Of a DNA stretch of 64,000 nucleotides, positions 8,881 through 17,924 are shown piece after piece. Position 1 is the first letter of the stretch. Each line of letters starts with the position of its first letter. A model generated the notes under the pieces. It was given only the letters and a program-made list of their open reading frames with translations. It was not told where the DNA came from and did not search any database. Origin of the DNA: Deltaproteobacteria bacterium (GTDB lineage: Bacteria > Myxococcota_A > Polyangia > HGW-17 > JAJRWW01); assembly GCA_029938605.1 (NCBI GenBank), contig JAOZUO010000004.1, positions 23,048 through 87,047 on the forward strand, given 5' to 3'. The position numbers and the translations under genes were made by a program.

Positions 8881-10209
8881 ATGGCGGATCTCGAAGATAT
8901 GGCGGTGGCTGACCCGGGATTCGATCTCGCGCTGGCGAAGCTCACCCCCGAGCGCATCGAGCAGGTGATCAACTCGGTCCTCTCCCAGGCGGTGGCCGAG
9001 AGGATGAAGCTGTTTCTCAAAACCTGCGTGCACTGCGGCCTCTGCGCCGACGCGTGTCACACCTACCTGTCGCGGAACCGGGACCCGGATTTCGCGCCGG
9101 TGGCCAAGGTTCGGGATACGCTGGGGGTGATGCTGAAAAAGAAGGGCCGCGTCAGTCCCGAGTTCATGAAGAACGCGGCGCGCGTGGCCTTCATCGAGTG
9201 CGGCGGCTGCCGGCGCTGCTCCATGTACTGCCCCTTCGGCATCGACATCGCCACGATGATCATGACCATCCGGCGCATCTGCAGCCTCCTGGGCATGGTG
9301 CCCCAGTTCATTCAGGACACCACCAACAGCCACTCCGCCACGTCGAATCAGATGTGGGTCCAGCCCGACGACTGGATCGACACGGTCATGTGGCAGGAGG
9401 AGGACGCCCAGCTCGAGGTAGCCGGCCTCCGCATCCCCCTGGACAAGGAGGGCGCCGAGGTCATGTACTCGGTGATCGCGCCCGAGCCCAAGGTCATGGC
9501 GCAGCTCATCGCCAACATCGCCGTGCTCATGACCGTAGCCAAGGTGGACTGGACCATGCCGTCGGCCGACGGGTGGGACAACAGCAACATGGCCATGTTC
9601 TCGGGGGACCTCGAGATCATGGGGCGCATCGAGCGGGAGCACTGGGAGCGCGCCCTGGAGCTTCGGGTGGGCAAGATGGTCATGGGCGAGTGCGGCCACG
9701 CCTACCGCGGCGCGGTGTACGACGGCCCCAAGTGGCTGGGGTGGCAGGGGCCGCCCTTGCCCATGGTGCACGCGGTGGAGCTCTACTACGACCTTCTGCG
9801 CGAGGGGCGCATCGAGATCACCGACAAGCTCACCGAGCCGGTGACCATCCAGGATCCTTGCAACATCGTGCGCGGGCGCGGCCTGCACGAGAAGCTGCGG
9901 TACGTGGTCCATGCTCTGTGCGACAACGTCGTCGAGATGGACCCCAAGTTCGAGCACAACTACTGCTGTGCCGCCGGCGGCGGGATCATCAACTGCGGCG
10001 CGCCCTGGAAGATGGCGCGGCTCAAGTCCATCAAGATCAAGGCCACGCAGCTCAAAAAAACGGGTGCGAGCCTGTGCATCACGCCTTGTCACAACTGCCA
10101 CCACGGCGTTGTGGACATCATCGGTCACTACCACATCGACATGCGCACCTCGTTCCTCATCGAGTTGATCGTCAAGCAGATGAAGATACCCGAGGGGCTA
10201 GGAGTATGA
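8881..10209 (+). CDS. tmcB: Tmc complex Fe-S/CCG subunit TmcB (HdrD/DsrK/HmcF-related)
   Basis: CVHCGLCADAC, CGGCRRCSMYCP, ECGHA, QDPC, NYCCAAGGG, PCHNC motifs. Confidence 0.87.
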   Translation: MADLEDMAVADPGFDLALAKLTPERIEQVINSVLSQAVAERMKLFLKTCVHCGLCADACHTYLSRNRDPDFAPVAKVRDTLGVMLKKKGRVSPEFMKNAARVAFIECGGCRRCSMYCPFGIDIATMIMTIRRICSLLGMVPQFIQDTTNSHSATSNQMWVQPDDWIDTVMWQEEDAQLEVAGLRIPLDKEGAEVMYSVIAPEPKVMAQLIANIAVLMTVAKVDWTMPSADGWDNSNMAMFSGDLEIMGRIEREHWERALELRVGKMVMGECGHAYRGAVYDGPKWLGWQGPPLPMVHAVELYYDLLREGRIEITDKLTEPVTIQDPCNIVRGRGLHEKLRYVVHALCDNVVEMDPKFEHNYCCAAGGGIINCGAPWKMARLKSIKIKATQLKKTGASLCITPCHNCHHGVVDIIGHYHIDMRTSFLIELIVKQMKIPEGLGV

Positions 10210-11834
10210 CGACCATGTCTGGACGAATCGCAGCGTGGGTCCCGGCCGCACTGGTCTTGGCCCTCGTCCTGGATGCGGGAGCGTCAGCGGGGTGTCAGCG
10301 TCCGGCGGCCCAACCCACCCGGGAGGTGGGTCCCGGCGTCCTGGTGATCCGCATGGCGCCGGCGCTGGGCAAGATGCGTCGGCCCCCCGTGACGTTTGAT
10401 CATGACCAACACTCGGCCGCGGTCAAAGGCGACTGTAAGACCTGCCACCTCGTGGATCGCGCCCAGACGCTGTCTGCGAAGTTCCTGCGGGGTAACGACG
10501 GTAAGAGCGCCGGCAAGCTTCAGGACTTTTATCACGATCGCTGCCTGGGCTGTCACAAGCGGCGCGGCCGGGGCGCCATGGTCTGTGGTGAGTGCCACGC
10601 CAAGGGACCCCGGATCCGATCGACCTGGAAGGAGCTCCGCATGGACTACTCCCTCCACGCGCGTCACGTCCTGGCCCAGCAGAAGCGGTGCGCCGACTGT
10701 CACCACGTCTTCGACAAAGCGAAGCAGAAGCTGGTGTACAAAAAAGGAGCCGAGGAGAGCTGCAAGTCCTGCCACACCGCCCGCACCGTGGGGCGGCGGC
10801 CGTCCCTGCGGTTGGCGGCGCACCAGGCTTGCATCTCGTGCCACCTGCGGACCCGGGGTGCCGGTCTGGCCACAGGTCCCCTGGACTGCGCGGGTTGCCA
10901 TGGCCCCCGGGCCCAGTCGAAGATCAAGCGGTTGGAGCACCCCGAGCGGCTCATGCGCGGCCAAAAGGACCGGCTGTGGGTGAAGGCCAAAGGGGGCAGT
11001 TCCCAGCGGGTCCCCTTCAACCACCTGGCCCACGAGAAGGCCGGGTCGAGCTGCAGCACCTGTCACCACCAGACCCTGGGATCCTGCAACGGGTGTCACA
11101 CCATGGGGGGCGCGAAAAAGGGCGGCGGAGTGACCCTGGCCCAGGCCCACCACGACCCCGGATCTGTGCATAGCTGCGTGGGCTGTCACGCCCAGGCGAC
11201 CAAGCAGGCGAGCTGCGCTGGATGTCACCATACGATCAAGGCCGAGGCCAGTCGGCGAAGCTGCGGTGTTTGTCACAGTGGGCCCAAGGCGGGGACTCCG
11301 CTGGCGGCGGGGATTCCGCTGGCGGCGGGGACTTCGGTGGCGGCGGGGACTCCGCTGGCGGCGGGGACTCCGCTGGCGGTGGGGACTACGCTGGCCCCTC
11401 CCGTCGTGTCGCGTCGCGTGACCACGGCCCTACCGGCCTACTCCAAGGATTTCCCCGAGCGGGTCACCATCAAGATCCTCGCCCGGGACTATGCGCCGGT
11501 GGTGATGGAGCACGGGCGCATGGTGCGCAAGCTGCACAGCCTGGCGACGAAGAGCTCGCTGGCGGTACGGTTCCACGGTGGGGTCGAGTCCCTGTGCGCG
11601 GGGTGTCACCACCGGGCCAAGCCCGGGACCCGGCCCGCGCCCTGTAGCGCATGCCACACCCGCCAGGGCCACGCCACCCGGGACCGACCGGCGCTTGGGG
11701 CGGCCTACCATCGGCAGTGCGTGGGTTGTCATCAGAAGATGGGGCTCACCAGGTGGCAGGGCTGCGAAAGCTGTCACAAGAAGGGGTCGTCGAAAAAAAC
11801 CGCTGGCTCCCGGCCGCGAGGAGGAGTGCGATGA
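10206..11834 (+). CDS. hmcA: 16-heme high-molecular-mass cytochrome c HmcA
   Basis: ATG at 10206 overlapping the tmcB stop, signal peptide, 16 counted CxxCH motifs arranged in cytochrome c3-like domains (FDHDQH, DYSLHARH, FNHLAH). The upstream extension in the ORF track is spurious. Confidence 0.9.
   Translation: MTTMSGRIAAWVPAALVLALVLDAGASAGCQRPAAQPTREVGPGVLVIRMAPALGKMRRPPVTFDHDQHSAAVKGDCKTCHLVDRAQTLSAKFLRGNDGKSAGKLQDFYHDRCLGCHKRRGRGAMVCGECHAKGPRIRSTWKELRMDYSLHARHVLAQQKRCADCHHVFDKAKQKLVYKKGAEESCKSCHTARTVGRRPSLRLAAHQACISCHLRTRGAGLATGPLDCAGCHGPRAQSKIKRLEHPERLMRGQKDRLWVKAKGGSSQRVPFNHLAHEKAGSSCSTCHHQTLGSCNGCHTMGGAKKGGGVTLAQAHHDPGSVHSCVGCHAQATKQASCAGCHHTIKAEASRRSCGVCHSGPKAGTPLAAGIPLAAGTSVAAGTPLAAGTPLAVGTTLAPPVVSRRVTTALPAYSKDFPERVTIKILARDYAPVVMEHGRMVRKLHSLATKSSLAVRFHGGVESLCAGCHHRAKPGTRPAPCSACHTRQGHATRDRPALGAAYHRQCVGCHQKMGLTRWQGCESCHKKGSSKKTAGSRPRGGVR
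11289..11396 (+). repeat. Six 18-bp in-frame tandem repeats within hmcA (AGTPLA-like)
   Basis: GCGGGGACTCCGCTGGCG units giving AGTPLA AGIPLA AGTSVA AGTPLA AGTPLA VGTTLA between heme motifs 12 and 13. Confidence 0.9.
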
Positions 11835-12919
11835 GCATTTCACGGAGAGGATTCATCGGCGGCGCTGGCGCGGGCGCGGTGGCGTCGGTGGCGGTGGGTA
11901 GCAAGGCGGCCCGGGCGGGGGGCGGCGCGGATCGGTTCATGGGCCACCCGGGGTCCATGGGACTTTTGCATGACACCACCCTGTGCGTGGGGTGCCGGTC
12001 CTGCGAGCTCGCCTGCACCAAGGTCAACTCAAAGCCCAAGCCCGCGGGGCCTCTGCACGACAAGTCCATCTTTTCCAAGCTGCGGCGGGTCACAGACAAG
12101 CTGTACACGGTGGTGAACCGGTACGTGAAGGCGGCAGGCAAAAAGCCGGCGGTGTACCGCAAGCATCAGTGCATGCACTGTCAGGAGCCCTGCTGCGCCT
12201 CGGTGTGTTTCGTCAAGGCCTTCACCAAGACCCCCGAGGGGCCGGTGCTGTACGACCCGAGCGTGTGCGTGGGCTGTCGCTACTGCGTGAACGTGTGTCC
12301 CTACTACGCCCTGGGATATGAGTACGACAACGCCTTCAATCCCACGGTACAGCGGTGCACCATGTGCTACACGCGCATCAAAAAGGGGGAGGAGCCCGGG
12401 TGCGCCCAGGCGTGTCCCATGGGGGCCATCGTCTACGGCAAGCGCGAAGATCTACTCAAGCTGGCCCGGCAGCGCATCGCCAAGTTCCCGGACCGGTATG
12501 TGGACCAGGTGTTTGGCGAGCACGAGTACGGCGGCACGAGCTGGTTGACCATCGCCGGGGTGACCTTCGACAAGCTCGGCCTGCCGGTGAATGCCAGCCA
12601 CAAGCCCCTGCCCGAGCTGACGGCGGGGTTTTTGTCCATCGTACCTTTGGTGATCACCATCTACCCGGGGCTGCTGTTAGGCTTTCATGCCTGGACCAAG
12701 CGCAAGGAGCGGTTGGCCGAACAGGAGCGACTGGCGGCGGCCGCCGAGGCCAAGGCCGCCGCCGAGGCGGCGGGCGCCACCAAGGCCGCCCAGCAGAAGA
12801 AGCTCGCAGATTCCCGCCACGCCAAGGCGGTGGACCTGGCCGTGAAGAAGGCGCTGGCCCAGGCGGCTAAGGAGCGTGAGGCGGAGTCTGACGCGGCGAA
12901 GAAGGAGGACACCCCATGA
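11831..12919 (+). CDS. hmcB: Periplasmic Fe-S subunit HmcB (NrfC/HybA-like)
   Basis: Tat signal SRRGFIG, four Cys groups (CVGCRSCELAC, CMHCQEPCCASVC, CVGCRYCVNVCP, CTMC...CAQACP), C-terminal TM helix. Confidence 0.88.
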   Translation: MSISRRGFIGGAGAGAVASVAVGSKAARAGGGADRFMGHPGSMGLLHDTTLCVGCRSCELACTKVNSKPKPAGPLHDKSIFSKLRRVTDKLYTVVNRYVKAAGKKPAVYRKHQCMHCQEPCCASVCFVKAFTKTPEGPVLYDPSVCVGCRYCVNVCPYYALGYEYDNAFNPTVQRCTMCYTRIKKGEEPGCAQACPMGAIVYGKREDLLKLARQRIAKFPDRYVDQVFGEHEYGGTSWLTIAGVTFDKLGLPVNASHKPLPELTAGFLSIVPLVITIYPGLLLGFHAWTKRKERLAEQERLAAAAEAKAAAEAAGATKAAQQKKLADSRHAKAVDLAVKKALAQAAKEREAESDAAKKEDTP

Positions 12920-14151
12920 GTGACTCCACTGCCAACGACGTCGGTGTTGCCACGGACGTCGGTGTCGCCACGGACGTCGGACCTGCCACGGAGGCGGCGC
13001 CCACAAAGCGGCCGCTGCTGACTCCCTTCAACATCATCGCCACGTTGATCCTGCTGGCGGGCGTGGCGGCGGGGCTCTACCGCCTCGCCGTGGGGCTCGG
13101 GCCCTCCACCAACCTGGACCACGTGAACCCCTGGGGCCTGTGGATCGGCTTCGACGTCATGACCGGTGTGGCCCTGGCCGCCGGCGGATTCACCATCTCG
13201 TCGGCGGTGTACCTCTTCGGCCTCAAGGAGTACCAGCCCCTGGTGCGGCCGGCCATCCTCACGGGCTTTCTGGGGTACTTCCTGGTGGTGGTGGGACTGC
13301 TGGTCGATCTGGGGCAGCCCTGGCGGCTGCCGTACACCTTCGCGGTACAGGCCGGACCCACCTCGGCGCTGTTCGAGATCGCCCTGTGCGTGGCGCTGTA
13401 TCTCACCACCCTGTTCGTGGAGTTCACGCCGGCGGCCTTCGAGTGGCTCGGCTGGAAGCGGTGGCGGGCCCTGGTCCACTCCATGACCATCGCCCTGACC
13501 ATCTTCGGGCTGATCCTGTCGACCATGCACCAGTCCACCCTGGGGGCCATGTACCTGATCGCCCCGTCTCGGTTGCACCCGCTGTGGTATTCGACGCACA
13601 TCCCGGTGCACTTCTTCGTGTCGGCGGTCATCGCGGGTCTGTCCATGGTGATCTTCGAGTCGGCCCTGTCCCACCGGGTCTTCGCCGACAAGGTGGAGAT
13701 CACGCACGAGAAGCTCGACGAGATGACCATTGGACTGGCCAAGGCGGCCTGCGTCGCCCTGGGGGTGTACCTGGCCATCAAGGTGGTCTCTGTCTCCCTG
13801 GACAACGAGTGGGCGCTGCTGTTTACGCCCTACGGCCACTGGTACCTCTTTGAGATCCTAGGCTTCGTGGTGCTGCCCTTGATTGGGTACACCATCGGCT
13901 TCCGAGAGAGGCGGCCCACGATCATTCGGGTCTCGGCGGTGATCACGGTTTTGGGCATCGTGCTCAATCGGTTGAACGTGTCGATCTTCGCCTACAACTG
14001 GCAGTTGCCGGCCCACGAGCGGTACTGGCCCCACCCGTACGAGATCATCGTCACGGTGGCGCTGGTGACCTTCGGCGTTGTGATGTTCAAGTGGATCGCC
14101 AACCGGATGCCCATTTTGCACGAACACCCCGACTGGCGGGGCGATCACTAG
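12916..14151 (+). CDS. hmcC: NrfD/PsrC-family integral membrane subunit HmcC
   Basis: PWGLWIGFDVMTGVALAAGGF, DLGQPWR, LSTMHQSTLG, LHPLWYS, LNRLNVS motifs. Confidence 0.88.
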   Translation: MSDSTANDVGVATDVGVATDVGPATEAAPTKRPLLTPFNIIATLILLAGVAAGLYRLAVGLGPSTNLDHVNPWGLWIGFDVMTGVALAAGGFTISSAVYLFGLKEYQPLVRPAILTGFLGYFLVVVGLLVDLGQPWRLPYTFAVQAGPTSALFEIALCVALYLTTLFVEFTPAAFEWLGWKRWRALVHSMTIALTIFGLILSTMHQSTLGAMYLIAPSRLHPLWYSTHIPVHFFVSAVIAGLSMVIFESALSHRVFADKVEITHEKLDEMTIGLAKAACVALGVYLAIKVVSVSLDNEWALLFTPYGHWYLFEILGFVVLPLIGYTIGFRERRPTIIRVSAVITVLGIVLNRLNVSIFAYNWQLPAHERYWPHPYEIIVTVALVTFGVVMFKWIANRMPILHEHPDWRGDH

Positions 14152-14173
14152 ACCAGGAGAACCCGAGTCAATC

Positions 14174-14296
14174 ATGCATACGTTGCAGGACTTCTTCCAT
14201 TTCACAAAGGGCCTGACCTACATTGTAGCTGGGCTCTTCCTGTTGGCCTCCATTGGCTTCTGGCTGTTTTTGACCAGCCGAGAGGATGAAGAGTAA
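14174..14296 (+). CDS. hmcD: Small membrane subunit HmcD (40 aa, below ORF-track cutoff)
   Basis: Manual translation MHTLQDFFHFTKGLTYIVAGLFLLASIGFWLFLTSREDEE; AGGAGA upstream; position after hmcC and the TLQ.F...TK..TY-TM-acidic tail pattern fit HmcD. Confidence 0.8.
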   Translation: MHTLQDFFHFTKGLTYIVAGLFLLASIGFWLFLTSREDEE

Positions 14297-14342
14297 GGGC
14301 TTCGGTGACGACCGGGCTTCGGTGACGACCGGGCTTCGGTGA
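14297..14342 (+). repeat. 17-bp tandem repeat (about 2.7 copies)
   Basis: GGGCTTCGGTGACGACC repeated between hmcD and the response regulator RBS. Confidence 0.85.
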
Positions 14343-14356
14343 AGGAGACAGACCCC

Positions 14357-14887
14357 ATGGAGAATGAGAAACCCAAGCTGGTGCTGGTCGTCGACGACGA
14401 GCCCGACGTGCGCATGTTCATCGAGGCGGCCCTCGAGGACGCGGGCTTTGAGGTGGTCACGGCGGGCAACGGTCACGAGGCCTACAACCGCGTCAAGGAG
14501 CGGGCGCCGGATTTCATTACGCTGGATCTGGTCATGCCCAAGCAGTCGGGCGCGCTGTTTTATCTGAAGCTGTGCAACAACAAGACCTGGTGTGACATCC
14601 CGGTGATGATCATCTCGGCCCACGCTCACGACGAGTTGGGCGAAGACGACTTTCGGCAGCTCATGAAGGGGCAGGGCGCGCCCCGCCCGACGCACTTCAT
14701 GGAGAAGCCGGTGCGTCCAGACGAGCTCGTGCGAGTCGTGTGCGAAACCCTCGGGTTGGATCCGAGTGGTGCTGTCGCCGACGACGCCACCACCGACGCC
14801 CGGGATGAGGTGTTTTCCAAGCTTAAGGGCGCCGACTTGAAGACCCTAAAGAGGATCCGGTCGGTGCTCGACAAGGAGGAGGGCTGA
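14357..14887 (+). CDS. Response regulator (receiver plus short C-terminal helix; DVU0259-like)
   Basis: VVDDEPDV, ITLDLVMP, IISA, FMEKP receiver motifs. Confidence 0.88.
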   Translation: MENEKPKLVLVVDDEPDVRMFIEAALEDAGFEVVTAGNGHEAYNRVKERAPDFITLDLVMPKQSGALFYLKLCNNKTWCDIPVMIISAHAHDELGEDDFRQLMKGQGAPRPTHFMEKPVRPDELVRVVCETLGLDPSGAVADDATTDARDEVFSKLKGADLKTLKRIRSVLDKEEG

Positions 14888-14915
14888 GCCTGGCGGCCAG
14901 AGCCCAGACGACCCT

Positions 14916-16448
14916 ATGGCACCTGACGAGCTTAGAACCTGGATCAGCGAGCAGCTGTTCGATGTCGCCCCCATCGCCATCGCCACCATCGATCGTGACT
15001 TCAACGTCGTGCAGGCCAACGCGGCCTTTGAGGCGAAGTTCGGCGAGTGGCAGGGGCGCAAGTGCTACCAGGTCTACAAGGACCGGGACGCGCTGTGCCC
15101 GCGGTGCATGGCGTCACGGTCCTTCGAGGATGGGCAGAGCCGCGTCACCCCCGAGGTGGGCGTGGACGAGCACGGATCGATCACCCACTACATCAAGCAC
15201 ACCGTGCCCATCGTGCGGGAGTCCGGGGAGATCCCGTATCTGGTGGAGATGTCCATCGACATCACCGAGTCGCTGCGACTCGAAGATGAGCTGCACATCG
15301 CCCACGACTTTCTGAAGACGCTCATCGCCACCTCTGCCGACGCCATCGTGGGCGTCAACGCGGACCAGGAGGTGCGGGTGGTGAACCCTGCGGCGCGAAA
15401 GCTGTTCAAGATCGCCGACACCGAGACCCTCACCGGGGATCAGCTGGTGGAGATCCTGCCCCGGGGCCTGTTCGACGACGTCTTCTCCTGCGACCGCAGC
15501 CTGCTTCTGCCCGAGACCACCGTGCGCGCCACCGACGGGGAGGAGATCCCCGTGCGGCTGGCCGGGGCGTGCATGGAGTCGGGCGGCAAGCTGCTCGGGG
15601 GCGCCATCTCCATCACCGACCACCGGGAGCTGCGAGATCTGCAGGCCGAGAAGCTGGAGGCCGAGCGGTTGGCGGCGGTGGGGCAGACCGTGGCGGGCCT
15701 GGCCCACGGGGTCAAGAACCTGCTGACGGGCCTGGAGGGGGGCATGTACCTCATGTCCACCGGCCTCAAAAAGGGCAACCAGAAGCGGGTAGATAACGGC
15801 TGGGACATGCTCAACCGGAACATCGTCCGCATCTCCCGGTTCGTGCGCGACTTCTTGAGCTTCTCCAAGGGCCGGACCATCACCGTGGAGCCGGCAGACC
15901 CCGTGGCCGTGGCCCGGGAGGTGGTGGGCCTCTACGTGGCCCGGGCCGAAGAGGCCGGCGTGAAGCTCACCTGGAGCGCCAAAGGAGACATCGCCCCGGC
16001 CAACCTCGACTTCGAAGGCTTGCATGACTGCCTCACCAACCTGGTGGGCAACGCCATGGATGCCTGCCAGATGAGCGAGCACGAATCCGATCCCGAGTCC
16101 GAGCTCGAGCCCGATCCCGAGTCCGAGGGTGGTCAGGCAGAGGCGGGCTCCACCGTGCACGTCTGCGTGTCCGACGAAGACGGCGTGCTGCGCTACTCGG
16201 TGACCGACAACGGCGTGGGCATGGACTACGAGCTTAAGCAGAAGGTCTTCACCACGTTCTTCACCACCAAGGGTCTCGGCGGCACCGGCCTGGGCCTGCT
16301 CACCACCCGCAAGATCATCCAGGAGCACGGCGGCCGCATCGAGCTGGAGTCCACCCCCGGCAAAGGCTCCACCTTCACCATCCTCCTCCCCCGCGACCGC
16401 CTCCCCGCCCGCACCACCAAGAGCGACGACCCCGACCAGGGCGCGTAA
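14916..16448 (+). CDS. PAS-PAS sensor histidine kinase
   Basis: Two PAS regions, H-box GLAHGVKNLL, N-box NLVGNAMDA, DNGVG, FFTTK, GTGLGL. Confidence 0.92.
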   Translation: MAPDELRTWISEQLFDVAPIAIATIDRDFNVVQANAAFEAKFGEWQGRKCYQVYKDRDALCPRCMASRSFEDGQSRVTPEVGVDEHGSITHYIKHTVPIVRESGEIPYLVEMSIDITESLRLEDELHIAHDFLKTLIATSADAIVGVNADQEVRVVNPAARKLFKIADTETLTGDQLVEILPRGLFDDVFSCDRSLLLPETTVRATDGEEIPVRLAGACMESGGKLLGGAISITDHRELRDLQAEKLEAERLAAVGQTVAGLAHGVKNLLTGLEGGMYLMSTGLKKGNQKRVDNGWDMLNRNIVRISRFVRDFLSFSKGRTITVEPADPVAVAREVVGLYVARAEEAGVKLTWSAKGDIAPANLDFEGLHDCLTNLVGNAMDACQMSEHESDPESELEPDPESEGGQAEAGSTVHVCVSDEDGVLRYSVTDNGVGMDYELKQKVFTTFFTTKGLGGTGLGLLTTRKIIQEHGGRIELESTPGKGSTFTILLPRDRLPARTTKSDDPDQGA

Positions 16449-16570
16449 TCACCCGCTGCCCTTCGTCCTCGTCCTTGTCCGGTATCCGTCCCACCGGTCC
16501 GGTATCCGGACGCGCACGCCCCGAGGTCCGATCCGGGTACATAGGTAACAGATTTCTCCGGAGACATGGA

Positions 16571-16717
16571 CGCCCACCGCTCTTCCCAGTGGTCGAGGTA
16601 GGCTTGCGCCCCTTCGCGGCTCTTGAAGCGCATGTCCTTGAGCGGCGACCCTTTGGCGTGGCCGACACCTCGCTCCACTTTGCCCTTGCGATCCGGATGG
16701 CGCACCCTGGCTGGCAA
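16571..16717 (-). pseudogene. IS21-family IstA transposase fragment
   Basis: ARVRHPDRKGKVERGVGHAKGSPLKDMRFKSREGAQAYLDHWEERWA resembles the IstA KGKVE segment. An IS-end-like sequence (GTACATAGGTAACA) lies just beyond it at about 16537-16550. Confidence 0.65.
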
Positions 16718-16822
16718 AGCGACCGCGCCATGTAAGATTATGTTAACCTTCCCACTACCTAGACACCCACTGTGGTACAGTGTAAGCGCTTTGCGTCACT
16801 GGTCCGCCTAGCCCTGAGATTG

Positions 16823-17356
16823 ATGATGTTCGAGATTTCCACCACCCTCGTCGTTGTAATATCGGCCCTGACGCTCGCGTTGGGCCTTGCCGGCGCGCTC
16901 TACTTCCTTCGGGATCAATTCGGCCTGTTGTGGTGGGTGGTGCGGTCCAAGGTGGTTGCCGAAGTCGATGTCGAACCGGTCGCCCCCCACCGATTTGCGC
17001 TGCGCCACCTGCTGCAAGGCAGCCGCCTGCATCGAGTCTGTCTCAAGCTACACGTATCGGGTCCGCACGGTTCGGTGGGCTTGGCCTGCAAGTACAAGGT
17101 GTCCATCGCGGGACAGGTGGTGACGGAGGAGGTCGTCGGCCACGGCCACTTCCCTCCCAAGCCCTTCGACCGGCGCATCACCCTGAGCCTCTCCAGCGTC
17201 GAGACCAAGGGTCTCGACCGTCACACCCAGAAATGCACCATAGTGTTGACCGATGTCGCGTCCTGCGCACCGGACACGGAGATCGTCGTCGCCGGAGAGA
17301 TCCGGTTGTCTGCCGGGGCCGAAGCGCAGGAGCTGACCGTATTGCTGCGCGCCTGA
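16823..17356 (+). CDS. Hypothetical protein with N-terminal membrane anchor
   Basis: Hydrophobic N-terminus followed by a beta-rich domain; no family recognised. Confidence 0.5.
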   Translation: MMFEISTTLVVVISALTLALGLAGALYFLRDQFGLLWWVVRSKVVAEVDVEPVAPHRFALRHLLQGSRLHRVCLKLHVSGPHGSVGLACKYKVSIAGQVVTEEVVGHGHFPPKPFDRRITLSLSSVETKGLDRHTQKCTIVLTDVASCAPDTEIVVAGEIRLSAGAEAQELTVLLRA

Positions 17357-17438
17357 AAACGAACGCGAACGATGTGTGGGGCAGATACATCTCCTCTGAC
17401 CCACGCCGATCCGGGTGAGTGTGAGCACGTTGTTTGAT

Positions 17439-17543
17439 GGAAATGGTCTTGGCGCGGCAGGTCGCGACGATGCCGAGCAGGGTCGCGGCCCGATGGGCAC
17501 CTTCGGTGCTTCCTGTAAAGAGGCTATTGAGCCTGACCTTCGC
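17439..17543 (-). pseudogene. IS66-family TnpC C-terminal fragment
   Basis: Manual translation AKVRLNSLFTGSTEGAHRAATLLGIVATCRAK matches the TnpC R.N.LF.GS..G..RAA....LI.TC motif. Confidence 0.65.
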
Positions 17544-17834
17544 TTGTTCTGGCTACTTTGGTCATCGGCACAACGGAGGTGCGTGTTTGAGGATTCGAAT
17601 CATCGCTTGGGGGCAGCCTGGAGGAGAAACCGACGCCCTCGACCAGAGCGACCCGCTCGACGAGACTTTGCGTGTTTTGTCCGCTTGCACTCGTGAGGTG
17701 GTAATTTCCACGGACCTCCCATATTGCTAGAAAGGCCCCAGCAGACGTCTACACCGCATATATTGACCCCTCAGCACTCATACCCGATACGTAAGCATGT
17801 GGCCAAAAGTCAGCATGATGTTCTTTAGGCACCG

Positions 17835-17886
17835 GTCATTTTTACTATAGATCACCTGCCCAGCAGTCATCTGTAGCAAAAATGAC
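17835..17886. repeat. 18-bp imperfect inverted repeat with 16-nt spacer
   Basis: GTCATTTTTACTATAGAT ... ATCTGTAGCAAAAATGAC (16 of 18 complementary); could be a terminator or an operator. Confidence 0.6.
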
Positions 17887-17924
17887 ATCGCACCTTGCAA
17901 CCGGGCGGAGGTGCGCGGTGGTTG

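Noticed and set aside
8236-10134. Long antisense or alternate-frame ORFs (also 24223-26667, 36638-38365, 50117-51670, 54907-56496)
   Set aside because: Shadows of real genes caused by high GC3 and few stop codons; no motifs.
9054-10205. 926-aa ORF suggesting a giant N-terminally extended cytochrome
   Set aside because: The extension overlaps tmcB in another frame and has shadow-ORF composition; the signal peptide starts at ATG 10206 after GGAG.
14297-14342. Short direct repeats as a possible CRISPR array (also 40531-40570, 51289-51350)
   Set aside because: Units are contiguous with no spacers, too short, and no cas genes are present.
16782-17388. IS66-like ends flanking the orphan ORF as a mini-transposon
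   Set aside because: GTAAGCGC and the reverse complement GTATCTGC match poorly, and no target duplication is seen.
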